Assembly (NCBI GenBank): GCA_964016885.1
Contig: OZ024741.1
Location: 5,642,001 to 5,706,000, forward strand
Length of the DNA: 64,000 bases
Reading direction: 5' to 3'
From: Eledone cirrhosa
Lineage: Eukaryota
In this document: positions 28,901 to 43,300 of the stretch, piece after piece
How positions within the stretch are numbered: position 1 is the first letter of the stretch
How the letters are laid out: each line of letters starts with the position of its first letter
The notes under the pieces: model-generated
Databases searched by the model: none
Seen by the model: only the letters and a program-made list of their open reading frames with translations
What the model was told of the DNA's origin: nothing
Made by a program: the position numbers and the translations under genes

Positions 28901-31900
28901 TGGTCCAATTGAGGAGGTTATTACAGTGGTCCACTTGAGGTTATTACAGTGGTCCAATTGAGGAGGTTATTACAGTGGTCCACTTGAGGAGGCTATTACA
29001 GTGGTCCACTTGAGGTTATTACAGTGGTCCACTTGAGGAGGTTAATACAGTGGTCCACTTGAGGTTATTACAGTGGTCCACTTGAGGAGGCTATAACAGT
29101 GGTCCACTTGAGGAGGTTATTACAGTGGTCCACTTGAGGTTATTACAGTGGTCCACTTGTGGAGGCAATTACAGTGGTCCACTTGAGGTTATTACAGTGG
29201 TCCACTTGAGGAGGTTATTACAGTGGTCCACTTGAGGTTATTACAGTGGTCCAATTGAGGAGGCTATTACAGTGGTCCACTTGAGGTTATTACAGTGGTC
29301 CACTTGAGGAGGTTATTACAGTGGTTCACTTGAGGTTATTATAGTAGTCCACTTGAGGAGGCTATTACAGTGGTCCACTTGAGAAGGTTATTACAGTGGT
29401 CCACTTGAGGTTATTACAGTGGACCATTTGAGGAGGTTATTACAGTGGTCCAATTGAGGAGGTTATTACAGTGGTCCACTTGAGGTTATTACAGTGGTCC
29501 ACTTGAGGAGGTTATTACAGTGGTCCACTTGAGGTTATTACAGTGTTCCACTTGAGGTGGTTACTACAGTGGTCCATTTGAGGAGGTTATTACAGTGGTC
29601 CACTTGAGGTTATTACAGTGGTCCACTTGAGGAGGCTATTACAGTGGTCCACTTAAGGTTATTAAAGTGGTCCACTTGAGGAGGTTATTACAGTGGCCCA
29701 CTTGAGGAGGTTATTACAGTGGTCCACTTGAGGCTATTACAGTGGTCCACTTGAGGAGGCCATTACAGTGGTCCAATTGAGAAGGGTATTACAGTGGTCC
29801 ACTTGAGGAGGCTATTACAGTGGTCCACTTGAGAAGGTTATTACAGTGGCCCACTTGAGGTTATTACAGTGGTCCACTTGAGGATGTTTTTAGAGTTGTC
29901 CACTTGAGGAGGTTATTACAGTGGTCCAATTGAGAAGGTTATTACAGTGGTCCACTTTAGGTCATTCCAGTGGTCCACTTGAGGTGGTTATTACAGCGGT
30001 CCACTTGAGATTATTAAAGTAGTCCAATTGAGGTTATTACAGTGGTCCACTTGAGGTTATTACAGTGGTCCACTTGAGGTTATTACAGTGGTCCACTTGT
30101 AGAGGTTATTACAGTGGTGCACTTCAGGTTATTACAGTGGTCCACATGAGGATTTTATTACAGTGGTCCACTTGAGGTGGCTATTACAGTGGTCCACTTG
30201 AGGAGGTTATTACAGTGGTCCACTTGAGGTTATTACAGTGGTCCACTTGAGGTTATTACAGTGGTCCACTTGAGAAGGTTATTACAGTGGTCCACTTGAG
30301 GAGGTTATTACAGTGGTCCACTTGGGGAGGTTATTACAGTGGTCCACTTGAGGAGGCTATTACAGTGGTCCACTTGAGGTTATTACAGTGGTCCACTTGA
30401 GGAGGTTATTACAGTGGTCCACTTGAGGAGGTTATTACAGTGGTCCACTTGAGGAGGTTATTACAGTGGTCCACTTGAGGAGGCTATTACAGTGGTCCAC
30501 TTGAGGTTATTACAGTGGTCCACTTGAGGAGGTTATTACAGTGGTCCACTTGAGGAGATTATTACAGTGGTCCACTTGAGGTTAATACAGTGGTCCACTT
30601 GAGGAGGTTATTACAGTGGTCCACTTGAGGATATTACAGTGGTCCATTTGAGGAGGTTATTACAGTGGTCCACTTGAGGAGGTTATTACAGTGGTCCACT
30701 TGAGGTTATTACAGTGGTCCACTTGTAGAGGTTATTACAGTGGTGCACTTCAGGTTATTACAGTGGTCCACATGAGGATTTTATTACAGTGGTCCACTTG
30801 AGGTAGCTATTACAGTGGTCCACTTGAGGTGGTTATTACAGTGGTCCACTTTAGGTTATTACAGTGGTCCACCTGAGGTTATTACAGTGGTCCACTTGAG
30901 GAGGTTATTACAGTGGTCCACTTCAGGTTATTACAGTGGTGCACTTGAGGAGCCTATTACAGTGGTCCACTTGAGGTTATTAAAGTGGTCCACTTGAGGA
31001 GGTTATTACAGTGGTCCACTTGAGGTTATTACAGTGGTCCACGTGAGGAGGCTATTACAGTGGTCCACTTGAGGTGGCTATTACAGTGGAACACTTGAGG
31101 AGGCTATTACAGTGGTCCACTTGAGGTTATTACAGTGGTCCACTTGAGGAGGCTATTAAAGAGGTCCACTTGAGGTTATTACAGTGGTCTTCTTGATGTT
31201 ATTACAGTGGTCCACTTGAAGTTATTACAGTGGTCCACTTGAGGAGGCTATTACAGAGGTCCACTTGAGATTATTACGGTGGTCCACTTGAGGAGGTTAT
31301 TACAGTGGTCCATTTAAGGAGGTTATTACAGTGGTCCACTTGAGGAGACTATTACAGTGGTCCACTTGAGGAGGTTATTACAGTGGTCCACTTGAGGAGG
31401 TTATTACAGTGGTCCACTTGAGGTTATTACAGTGGTCCAATTGAGAAGGTTATTACAGTGGTCCACTTGAGGAGGCTATTACAGTGGTCCACTTGAGGAG
31501 GTTATTACAGTGGTCCATTTGAGCTCATTACAGTGGTCCACTTGAGGAGGTTATTACAGTGGTCCACTTGAGGAGGTTATTACAGTGGTCCACTTGAGTT
31601 TATTACAGTGGTCCACTTGAGGAGGCTATTACAGTGGTCCACTTGAGTTTATTACAGTGGTCCACTTGAGGAGGCTATTACAGTGGTCCATTTGAGGTTA
31701 TTACAGTGGTCCACTTGAGGAGGTTATTACACTGGTCCACTTGAGGTTATTACAGTGGTCCACTTGAGGTTATTACAGTGGTCCACTTGAGGAGGCTATT
31801 ACAGTGGTCCACTTGAGGTTATTACAGTGAGCCACTTGGGGAGGTTATTACAGTGGTCCACTTGAGGTTATTACAGTGGTCCACTTGAGGTTATTACAGT

Positions 31901-34900
31901 GGTCCACTTGAGGAGGCTATTACAGTGGTCCACTTTAGGTTATTACAGTTGTCCACTTGAGGAAGCTATTACAGTGGTCCACTTGAGGAGGCTATTACAG
32001 TGGTCCACTTGAGGTTATTACAGTGGTCCACTTGAGGTTATTACAGTGGTCCACTTGAGGAGGCTATTACAGTGGTCCACTTGATGTTATTACAGTGGTC
32101 CACTTGTGGAGGTTATTACAGTGGTCCACTTGAGGTTATTACAGTGGTCGACTTGAGGTTATTACAGTGGTCCACTTGAGGGGGCTATTACAGTGGTCCA
32201 CTCGAGAAGGTTGTTACAGAGGTCCACTTGAGGTTATTACAGTGGTCCACTTGAGGAGTTTATTACAGTGGTCCACTTGAGGAGTTATTACAGTGGTCCA
32301 CTTGAGAAGGTTATTACAGTGGTCCACTTGAGGAGGTTATTACAGTGGTCCACTTGATGTTATTACAGTGGTCCACTTGAGGAGGCTATTACAGTGGTCC
32401 ACTTGAGGAGGTTATTACAGTGGTCCACTTGAGGAGGCTATTACAGTGGTCTACTTGAGGTTATTACAGTGGTCCACTTGAGGGGGTTATTACAGTGGTC
32501 CACGTGAGGTTATTACAGTGGTCCACTTGAGGAGGTTATTACAGTGGTCCAATTGAGGAGGTTATTACAGTGGTCCACTTGAGGTTATTACAGTGGACCA
32601 ATTGAGGAGGTTATTACAGTGGTCCGCTTAAGGAGATTATTACAGTGGTCCACTTGAGGTTATTACAGTGGTCCACTTGAGGAGGTTATTACAGTGGTCC
32701 ACTTGATGTTATTACAGTAGTCCACTTGAGGAGGTTATTACAGTGGTCCGTTTGAGGAGGTTATTACAGTGGTCCACTTGAGGTTATTACAGTGGTCCAC
32801 TTGAGGAGGTTATTACAGTGGTCCAATTGAGGAGGTTATTACAGTGGTCCACTTGAGGAGGTTATTACAGTAGTCCACTTGAGGAGGTTATTACAGTGGT
32901 CCAGTTGAGGTTATTACAGTGGTACACTAGAGGTGGTTATTACAGTGGTCCACTTGAGGTTATTACAGTGGTCCACTTGAGGAGGTTATTACAGTGGTCC
33001 ACTTGAGGTTATTACAGTGGTCCACTTGAGGAGGCTATTACAGTGGTCCACTTGAGGTTATTACAGTGGTCCTCTTGAGGAGGTTATTACAGTGGTCCAC
33101 TTGAGGTTATTACAGTGGTCCACTTGAGGAGGTTATTACAGTGGTCCACTTGAGGTTATTACAGTGGTCCACTTGAGGTTATTACAGTGGGCCACTAGAG
33201 GAGGTTATTACAGTGGTCCACTTGAGGTTATTACAGTGGTCCACTTGAGGAGGCTATTACAGTGGTCCACTTGAGGTGCTTATTACAGTGGTCCACTTGA
33301 GGAGGTTATTACAGTGGTCCACTTGAGGAGGTTATTACAGTGGTCCAATTGAGAAGGTTATTACAGTGGTCCACTTGAGGTGGTTATTACAGTGGTCCAC
33401 TTGAGGAGGCTATTACAGTGGTCCACTTGAGGAGGTTATTACAGTGGTCCACTTGAGGTTATTACAGTGGTCCACTTGAGGTTATTATAGTGGTCCACTT
33501 GAGGAGGCTATTACAGTGGTCCACTTGAGGTTATTACAGTGGTCCACTTGAAGAGGCTATTAAAGTGGTCCACTTGAGGTTATTACAGTGATCCACTTGA
33601 GGAGGCTATTACAGTGGTCCACTTGAGGTTATTTCAGTGATCCACTTGAGGAGGTTATTACAGTGGTCCACTTGAGGTTATTACAGTGGTCCACTTGAGG
33701 TTATTACAGTGGTCCACTTGAGGGGACTATTACAGTGGTCCACTTGAGAAGTTTATTACAGTGGTCCACTTGAGAAGGTTATTACAGTGGTCCCCTTGAG
33801 GTTATTACAGTGGTCCACTTGAGGTTATTACATTGGTCCACTTGAGGAGGTTATTACAGTGGTCCACTTGAGAAGGCTATTACAGTGGTCCACTTGAGAA
33901 GGTTATTACAGTGGTCCCCTTGAGGTTATTACAATGGTCCACTTGAGGTTATTACAGTGGTCCACTTGAGGAGGTTATTACAGTGGTCCACTTGAGGTTA
34001 TTACAGTGTTCCACTTGAGGTGGTTACTACAGTGGTCCACTTGAGGAGGTTATTACAGTGGTCCACTTGAGGTTATTACAGTGGTCCACTTGAGGAGGCT
34101 ATTACAGTGGTCCACTTAAGGTTATTACAGTGGTCCACTTGAGGAGGATATTACAATGGCCCACTTGAGGAGGTTATTACAGTGGTCCACTTGAGGCTAT
34201 TACAGTGGTCCACTTGAGGAGGCCATTACAGTGGTCCACTTAAGGTTATTACAGTGGTCCACTTGAGGAGGCTATTACAGCGGTCCACTTGAGGTTATTA
34301 CAGTGGTCCACTTGAGGAGGTTATTACAGTGGTCCACTTGAGGTTATTACAGTGGTCCACTTGAGGAGGCTATTACAGTGGTCCACTTGAGAAGGTTATT
34401 ACAGTGGCCCACTTGAGGTTATTACAGTGGTCCACTTGAGGTTATTACAGTGGTCCACTTGAGGAGGTTATTACAGTGGTCCACTTGAGGTTATTACAGT
34501 GGTCCACTTGAGGAGGTTATTACAGTGGTCCACTTGAGGTTATTACAGTGGTCCACTTGAGGAGGCTATTACAGCGGTCCACTTGAGGTTATTACAGTGG
34601 TCCACTTGAGGAGGTTATTACAGTGGTCCACTTGAGGTTATTACAGTGGTCCACTTGAGGAGGCTATTACAGTGGTCCACTTGAGAAGGTTATTACAGTG
34701 GCCCACTTGAGGTTATTACAGTGGTCCACTTGAGGTTATTACAGTGGTCCACTTGAGGAGGTTATTACAGTGGTCCACTTGAGGTTATTACAGTGGTCCA
34801 CTTGAGGAGGCTATTACAGTGGTCCACTTGAGGTTATTACAGTGGTCCACTTGAGGAGGTTATTACAGTGGTCCACTTGGGGAGGTTATTACAGTGGTCC

Positions 34901-37344
34901 ACTTGAGGAGGCTATTACAGTGGTCCACTTGAGGTTATTACAGTGGTCCACTTGAGGAGGTTATTACAGTGGTCCACTTGAGGAGGCTATTACAGTGGTC
35001 CACTTGAGGTTATTACAGTGGTCCACTTGAGGAGGTTATTACAGTGGTCCACTTGGGGAGGTTATTACAGTGGTCCACTTGAGGAGGCTATTACAGTGGT
35101 CCACTTGAGGTTATTACATTGGTCCACTTGAGGAGGGTATTACAGTGGTCCACTTGGGGAGGTTATTACAGTGGTCCACTTGAGGAGGCTATTACAGTGG
35201 TCCACTTGAGGTTATTACAGTGGTCCACTTGAGGAGGTTATTACAGTGGTCCACTTGAGGTTAATACAGTGGTCCACTTGAGGAGGTTATTACAGTGGTC
35301 CACTTGAGGTTATTACAGTTGTCCATTTGAGGAGGTTATTACAGTGGTCCACTTGAGGAGGTTATTACAGTGGTCCACTTCAGGTTATCACAGTGGTCCA
35401 CTTGTAGAGGTTATTACAGTGGTGCACTTCAGGTTATTACAGTGGTCCACATGAGGATTTTATTACAGTGGTCCACTTGAGGTAGCTATTACAGTGGTCC
35501 ACTTGAGGAGGTTATTACAGTGGTCCACTTTAGGTTATTACAGTGGTCCACCTGAGGTTATTACAGTGGTCCACTTGAGGAGGTTATTACAGTGGTCCAC
35601 TTCAGGTTATTACAGTGGTGCACTTGAGGAGCCTATTACAGTGGTCCACTTGAGGTTATTAAAGTGGTCCACTTGAGGAGGTTATTACAGTGGTACATTT
35701 TAGGTGGCTATTACAGTGGTCCACTTGAGGAGGTTATTACAGTGGTCCACTTGAGGAGGTTATTACAGTGGTCCACTTGAGGTTATTACAGTGGTCCACG
35801 TGAGGACGCTATTACAGTGGGTGGTCCACTTGAGGTGGCTATTACAGTGGTCCACTTGAGGTTATTACAGTGGTCCAATTGAGAAGGTTATTACAGTGGT
35901 CCACTTGAGGAGGCTATTACAGTGGTCCACTTGAGGAGGTTATTACAGTGGTCCATTTGAGCTCATTACAGTGGTCCACTTGAGGAGGTTATTACAGTGG
36001 TCCACTTGAGGAGGTTATTACAGTGGTCCACTTGAAGTTATTACAGTGGTCCACGTGAGGAGGCTATTACAGTGGTCCACTTGAGGTGGCTATTACAGTG
36101 GTCCACTTGACGAGGTTATTACAGTAGTCCACTTGAGGAGGCTATTACAGTGGTCCACTTGAGGAGGCTATTACAGTGGTCCACTTGAGGTTATTACAGT
36201 GGTCCACTTGAGGAGGTTATTACAGTGGTCCACTTGAGGTTATTACAGTGTTCCACTTGAGGTGGTTACTACAGTGGTCCACTTGAGGAGGTTATTACAG
36301 TGGTCCACTTGAGGAGGCTATTACAGTGGTCCACTTGAGGTTATTTCAGTGATCCACTTGAGGAGGTTATTACAGTGGTCCACTTGAGGTTATTACAGTG
36401 GTCCACTTGAGGGGGTTATTACAGTGGTCCACTTGAGAAGGTTATTACAGTGGTCAAGTTGAGGTTATTACAGTGATCCCCTTGAGGAGGCTATTACAGT
36501 GGTCCACTTGAGGAGGTTATTACAGTGGTCCACTTGAGAAGGCTATTACAGTGGTCCACTTGAGAAGGTTATTACAGTGGTCCACTTGAGGTTATTACAG
36601 TGGACCATTTGAGGAGGTTATTACAGTGGTCCAATTGAGGAGGTTATTACAGTGGTCCACTTGAGGTTATTACAGTGGTCCACTTGAGGAGGTTATTACA
36701 GTGGTCCACTTGAGGTTATTACAGTGTTCCACTTGAGGTGGTTACTACAGTGGTCCACTTGAGGAGGTTATTACAGTGGTCCACTTGAGGTTATTACAGT
36801 GGTCCACTTGAGGAGGCTATTACAGTGGTCCACTTAAGGTTATTAAAGTGGTCCACTTGAGGAGGTTATTACAGTGGCCCACTTGAGGAGGTTATTACAG
36901 TGGTCCACTTGAGGCTATTACAGTGGTCCACTTGAGGAGGCCATTACAGTGGTCCACTTGAGGTTATTACAGTGGTTCACTTGAGGAGGCTATTACAGCG
37001 GTCCACTTGAGGTTATTACAGTGGTCCACTTGAGGAGGTTATTACAGTGGTCCACTTGAGGTTATTACAGTGGTCCACTTGAGGAGGTTATTACAGTGGT
37101 CCAATTGAGAAGGGTATTACAGTGGTCCACTTGAGGAGGCTATTACAGTGGTCCACTTGAGAAGGTTATTACAGTGGCCCACTTGAGGTTATTACAGTGG
37201 TCCACTTGAGGATGTTTTTAGAGTTGTCCACTTGAGGAGGTTATTACAGTGGTCCAATTGAGAAGGTTATTACAGTGGTCCACTTGAGGTCATTACAGTG
37301 GTCCACTTGAGGTGGTTATTACAGCGGTCCACTTGAGGTTATTA
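10945..37344. repeat. ~10.9-kb tandem segmental duplication in array A (copy 1 ~10945-21895; copy 2 begins ~21877 and ends ~37344 because a later 4,589-bp duplication lengthened it)
   Basis: Offset 10932 for AGGCTTTTAC (10981/21913) and AGTGGTTCCA (11731/22663). Offset 15449 for GGAACAC (15641/31090), GAGGACGC (20358/35807) and pseudo-ORFs 15366/30815 and 20045/35494. The offsets reconcile as 10932+4589+26-98=15449. Confidence 0.9.
20087..29280. repeat. 4,589-bp tandem segmental duplication in array A (copy 1 ~20087-24675, copy 2 ~24676-29264)
   Basis: Constant offset of 4589 for CCTGAGG (20102/24691), GAGGACGC (20358/24947) and AGTGGTTCC (22663/27252). Confidence 0.93.
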
Positions 37345-40300
37345 AAGTAGTCCAATTGAGGTTATTACAGTGGTCCACTTGAGGTTATTACAGTGGTCCA
37401 CTTGAGGTTATTACAGTGGTCCACATGTAGAGGTTATTACAGTGGTGCACTTCAGGTTATTACAGTGGTCCACATGAGGATTTTATTACAGTGGTCCACT
37501 TGAGGTGGCTATTACAGTGGTCCACTTGAGGAGGTTATTACAGTGGTCCACTTGAGGTTATTACAGTGGTCCACTTGAGGTTATTACAGTGGTCCACTTC
37601 AGAAGGTTATTACAGTGGTCCACTTGAGGAGGTTATTACAGTGGTCCACTTGGGGAGGTTATTACAGTGGTCCACTTGAGGAGGCTATTACAGTGGTCCA
37701 CTTGAGGTTATTACAGTGGTCCACTTGAGGAGGTTATTACAGTGGTCCACTTGAGGAGGCTATTACAGTGGTCCACTTGAGGTTATTACAGTGGTCCACT
37801 TGAGGAGGTTATTACAGTGGTCCACTTGAGGAGGTCATTACAGTGGTCCACTTGAGGTTAATACAGTGGTCCACTTGAGGAGGTTATTACAGTGGTCCAC
37901 TTGAGGATATTACAGTGGTCCATTTGAGGAGGTTATTACAGTGGTCCACTTGAGGAGGTTATTACAGTGGTCCACTTGAGGAGGTTATTACAGTGGTCCA
38001 CTTGTAGAGGTTATTACAGTGGTGCACTTCAGGTTATTACAGTGGTCCACATGATGATTTTATTACAGTGGTCCACTTGAGGTAGCTATTACAGTGGTCC
38101 ACTTGAGGAGGTTATTACAGTGGTCCACTTTAGGTTATTACAGTGGTCCACCTGAGGTTATTACAGTGGTCCACTTGAGGAGGTTATTACAGTGGTCCAC
38201 TTCAGGTTATTACAGTGGTGCACTTGAGGAGCCTATTACAGTGGTCCACTTGAGGTTATTAAAGTGGTCCACTTGAGGAGGTTATTACAGTGGTCCACTT
38301 GAGGTTATTACAGTGGTCCACGTGAGGAGGCTATTACAGTGGTCCACTTGAGGTGGCTATTACAGTGGTCCACTTGAGGAGGCTATTACTGTGGTCCACT
38401 TGAGGTTATTACAGTGGTCCACTTGAAGAGGCTATTACAGAGGTCCACTTGAGGTTATTACAGTGGTCCACTTGAGGTTATTACAGTGGTCTTCTTGATG
38501 TTATTACAGTGGTCCACTTGAAGTTATTACAGTGGTCCACTTGAGGAGGTTATTACAGAGGTCCACTTGAGATTATTACAGTGGTCCACTTGAGGAGGTT
38601 ATTACAGTGGTCCATTTAAGGAGGTTATTACAGTGGTCCACTTGAGGAGACTATTACAGTGGTCCACTTGAGGAGGTTATTACAGTGGTCCACTTGAAGA
38701 GGTTATTACAGTGGTCCACTTGAGGTTATTACAGTGGTCCAATTGAGAAGGTTATTACAGTGGTCCACTTGAGGAGGCTATTACAGTGGTCCACTTGAGG
38801 AGGTTATTACAGTGGTCCATTTGAGCTCATTACAGTGGTCCACTTGAGGAGCTCATTACAGTGGTCCACTTGAGGAGGTTATTACAGTGGTCCACTTGAG
38901 TTTATTACAGTGGTCCACTTGAGGAGGCTATTACAGTGGTCCATTTGAGGTTATTACAGTGAGCCACTTGAGGAGGTTATTACAGTGGTCCACTTGAGGT
39001 TATTACAGTGGTCCACTTGAGGTTATTACAGTGGTCCACTTGAGGAGGCTATTACAGTGGTCCACTTGAGGTTATTACAGTTGTCCACTTGAGGAAGCTA
39101 TTACAGTGGTCCACTTGAGGTTATTACAGTGGTCCACTTGAGGAGGCTATTACAGTGGTCCACTTGAGGTTATTACAGTGGTCCACTTGAGGAGGCTATT
39201 ACAGTGGTCCACTTGATGTTATTACAGTGGTCCACTTGTGGAGGTTATTACAGTGGTCCACTTGAGGTTATTACAGTGGTCGACTTGGGGTTATTACAGT
39301 GGTCCACTTGAGAGGGCTATTACAGTGGTCCACTCGAGAAGGTTATTACAGAGGTCCACTTGAGGTTATTACAGTGGTCCACTTGAGGAGTTTATTACAG
39401 TGGTCCACTTGAGGAGTTATTACAGTGGTCCACTTGAGAAGGTTATTACAGTGGTCCACTTGAGGAGGTTATTACAGTGGTCCACTTGATGTTATTACAG
39501 TGGTCCACTTGAGGAGGCTATTACAGTGGTCCACTTGAGGAGGTTATTACAGTGGTCCACTTGAGGAGGCTATTACAGTGGTCTACTTGAGGTTATTACA
39601 GTGGTCCACTTGAGGGGGTTATTACAGTGGTCCACTTGAGGTTATTACAGTGGTCCACTTGAGGAGGTTATTACAGTGGTCCAATTGAGGAGGTTATTAC
39701 AGTGGTCCACTTGAGGTTATTACAGTGGACCAATTGAGGAGGTTATTACAGTGGTCCGCTTAAGGAGGTTATTACAGCGGTCCACTTGAGGTTATTACAG
39801 TGGTCCACTTGAGGAGGTTATTACAGTGGTCCACTTGAGGTTATTACAGCGGTCCACTTGAGGAGGTTATTACAGTGGTCCGTTTGAGGAGGTTATTACA
39901 GTGGTCCACTTGAGGTTATTACAGTGGTCCACTTGAGGAGGTTATTACAGTGGTCCACTTGAGGAGGTTATTACAGTGGTCCACTTGAGGAGGTTATTAC
40001 AGTGGTCCAGTTGAGGTTATTACAGTGGTACACTAGAGGAGGTTATTACAGTGGTCCACTTGAGGTTATTACAGTGGTCCACTTGAGGAGGTTATTACAG
40101 TGGTCCACTTGAGGTTATTACAGTGGTCCACTTGAGGAGGCTATTACAGTGGTCCACTTGAGGTTATTACAGTGGTCCACTTGAGGAGGTTATTACAGTG
40201 GTCCACTTGAGGTTATTACAGTGGTCCACTTGAGGAGGTTATTACAGTGGTCCAATTGAGGAGGTTATTACAGTGGTCCACTTGAGGTTATTACAGTGGG

Positions 40301-43300
40301 CCACTAGAGGAGGTTATTACAGTGGTCCACTTGAGGTTATTACATTGGTCAACTTGAGGAGGTTATTACAGTGGTCCACTTGAGGAGGTTATTACAGTGG
40401 TCCAATTGAGAAGGTTACTACAGTGGTCCACTTGAGGAGGCTATTACAGTGGTCCACTTGAGGAGGTTATTACAGTGGTCCACTTGAGGTTATTACAGTG
40501 GTCCACTTGGGGTTATTATAGTGGTCCACTTGAGGAGGCTATTACAGTGGTCCACTTGAGGTTATTACAGTGGTCCACTTGAAGAGGCTATTAAAGTGGT
40601 CCACTTGAGGTTATTACAGTGATCCACTTGAGAAGGCTATTACAGTGGTCCACTTGAGGTTATTTCAGTGATCCACTTGAGGAGGTTATTACAGTGGTCC
40701 ACTTGAGGTTATTACAGTGGTCCACTTGACGTTATTACAGTGGTCCACTTGAGGGGGCTATTACAGTGGTCCACTTGAGAAGGTTATTACAGTGGTCCAC
40801 TAGAGAAGGTTATTACAGTGGTCCCCTTGAGGAGGCTATTACAGTGGTCCTCTTGAGGAGGTTATTACAGCGCTCCACTTGAGGAGGTTATTACAGTGGT
40901 CCAATTGAGGAGGTTATTACAGTGGTCCACTTGAGGTTATTACAGTGGTCCACTTGAGGAGGCTATTACAGTGGTCCACTTAAGGTTATTACAGTGGTCC
41001 ACTTGAGGTTATTACAGTGTTCCACTTGAGGGGGTTACTACAGTGGTCCACTTGAGGAGGTTATTACAGTGGTCCACTTGAGGTTATTACAGTGGTCCAC
41101 TTGAGGAGGCTATTACAGTGGTCCACTTAAGGTTATTACAGTGGTCCACTTGAGGAGGTTATTACAATGGCCCACTTGAGGAGGTTATTACAGTGGTCCA
41201 CTTGAGGCTATTACAGTGGTCCACTTGAGAAGGCCATTACAGTGGTCCACTTGAGGTTATTACAGTGGTCCACTTGAGGAGGCTATTACAGCGGTCCACT
41301 TGAGGTTATTACAGTGGTCCACTTAAGGAGGTTATTACAGTGGTCCACTTGAGGTTATTACAGTGGTCCACTTGAGGAGGCTATTACAGTGGTCCACTTG
41401 AGAAGGTTATTACAGTGGCCCACTTGAGGTTATTACAGTGGTCCACTTGAGGTTATTACAGTGGTCCACTTGAGGAGGTTATTACAGTGGTCCACTTGAG
41501 GTTATTACAGTGGTCCACTTGAGGAGGCTATTACAGTGGTCCACTTGAGGTTATTACAGTGGTCCACTTGAGGAGGTTATTACAGTGGTCCACTTGGGGA
41601 GGTTATTACAGTGGTCCACTTGAGGAGGCTATTACAGTGGTCCACTTGAGGTTATTACAGTGGTCCACTTGAGGAGGTTATTACAGTGGTCCACTTGAGG
41701 AGGCTATTACAGTGGTCCACTTGAGGTTATTACAGTGGTCCACTTGAGGAGGTTATTACAGTGGTCCACTTGGGGAGGTTATTACAGTGGTCCACTTGAG
41801 GAGGCTATTACAGTGGTCCACTTGAGGTTATTACAGTGGTCCAGTTGAGGAGGGTATTACAGTGGTCCACTTGGGGAGGTTATTACAGTGGTCCACTTGA
41901 GGAGGCTATTACAGTGGTCCACTTGAGGTTATTACAGTGGTCCACTTGAGGAGGTTGTTACAGTGGTCCACTTGAGGAGGCTATTACAGTGGTCCACTTG
42001 AGGAGGTTATTACAGTGGTCCACTTGAGGAGGTTATTACAGTGGTCGACTTGAGGGGGTTATTACAGTGGTCCACTTGAGGAGGTTATTACAGTGGTCCA
42101 CTTGAGGTTATTAGAGTGGTCCACTTGTAGAGGTTATTACAGTGGTGCACTTCAGGTTATTACAGTGGTCCACATGAGGATTTTATTACAGTGGTCCACT
42201 TGAGGTAGCTATTACAGTGGTCCACTTGAGGAGGTTATTACAGTGGTCCACTTTAGGTTATTACAGTGGTCCACCTGAGGTTATTACAGTGGTCCACTTG
42301 AGGAGGTTATTACAGTGGTCCACTTCAGTTTATTACAGTGGTGCACTTGAGGAGCCTATTACCGTGGTCCACTTGAGGTTATTAAAGTGGTCCACTTGAG
42401 GAGGTTATTACAGTGGTACATTTTAGGTGGCTATTACAGTGGTCCACTTGAGGAGGTTATTACAGTGGTCCACTTGAGGTTATTACAGTGGTCCACGTGA
42501 GGAGGCTATTACAGTGGGTGGTCCACTTGAGGTGGCTATTACAGTGGTCCACTTGACGAGGTTATTACGGTGGTCCACTTGAGGAGGCTATTACAGTGGT
42601 CCACTTGAGGAGGCTATTACAGAGGTCCACTTGAGGTGGCTATTACAGTGGTCCACTTGAGGTTATTACAGTGGTCCACTTGAGGAGGTTATTACAGTGG
42701 TCCACTTGAAGTTATTACAGTGGTCCACGTGAAGAGGCTATTACAGTGGTCCACTTGAGGTGGCTATTACAGTGGTCCACTTGACGAGGTTATTACAGTG
42801 GTCCACTTGAGGAGGCTATTACAGTGGTCCACTTGAGGAGGCTATTACAGTGGTCCACTTGAGGTTATTACAGTGGTCCACTTGAGGAGGCTATTACAGA
42901 GGTCCACTTGAGGTTATTACAGTGGTCCACTTGAGGTTATTACAGTGGTCTTCTTGATGTTATTACAGTGGTCCACTTGAAGTTATTACAGTGGTCCACT
43001 TGAGGAGGCTATTACAGAGGTCCACTTGAGATTATTACAGTGGTCCACTTGAGGAGGTTATTACAGTGGTCCACTTAAGGAGGTTATTACAGTGGTCCAC
43101 TTGAGGAGACTATTACAGTGGTCCACTTGAGGAGGTTATTACAGTGGTCCACTTGAGGTTATTACAGTGGTCCAATTGAGGAGGTTATTACAGTGGTCCA
43201 CTTGAGGAGGCTATTACAGTGGTCCACTTGAGGAGGTTATTACAGTGGTCCACTTGAGCTCATTACAGTGGTCCACTTGAGGAGGTTATTACAGTGGTCC

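Noticed and set aside
4231-42399. Eight near-identical 60-aa ORFs (MVHLRRLLQWST...) that look like a multicopy gene family
   Set aside because: They are translations of the satellite with GTG starts. Both 23 and 26 equal 2 mod 3, so the frame rotates and ACT-TGA stops it every third unit. The ORFs exist only where two TGA codons are mutated (TTA, TCA) in the duplicated variant cassette.
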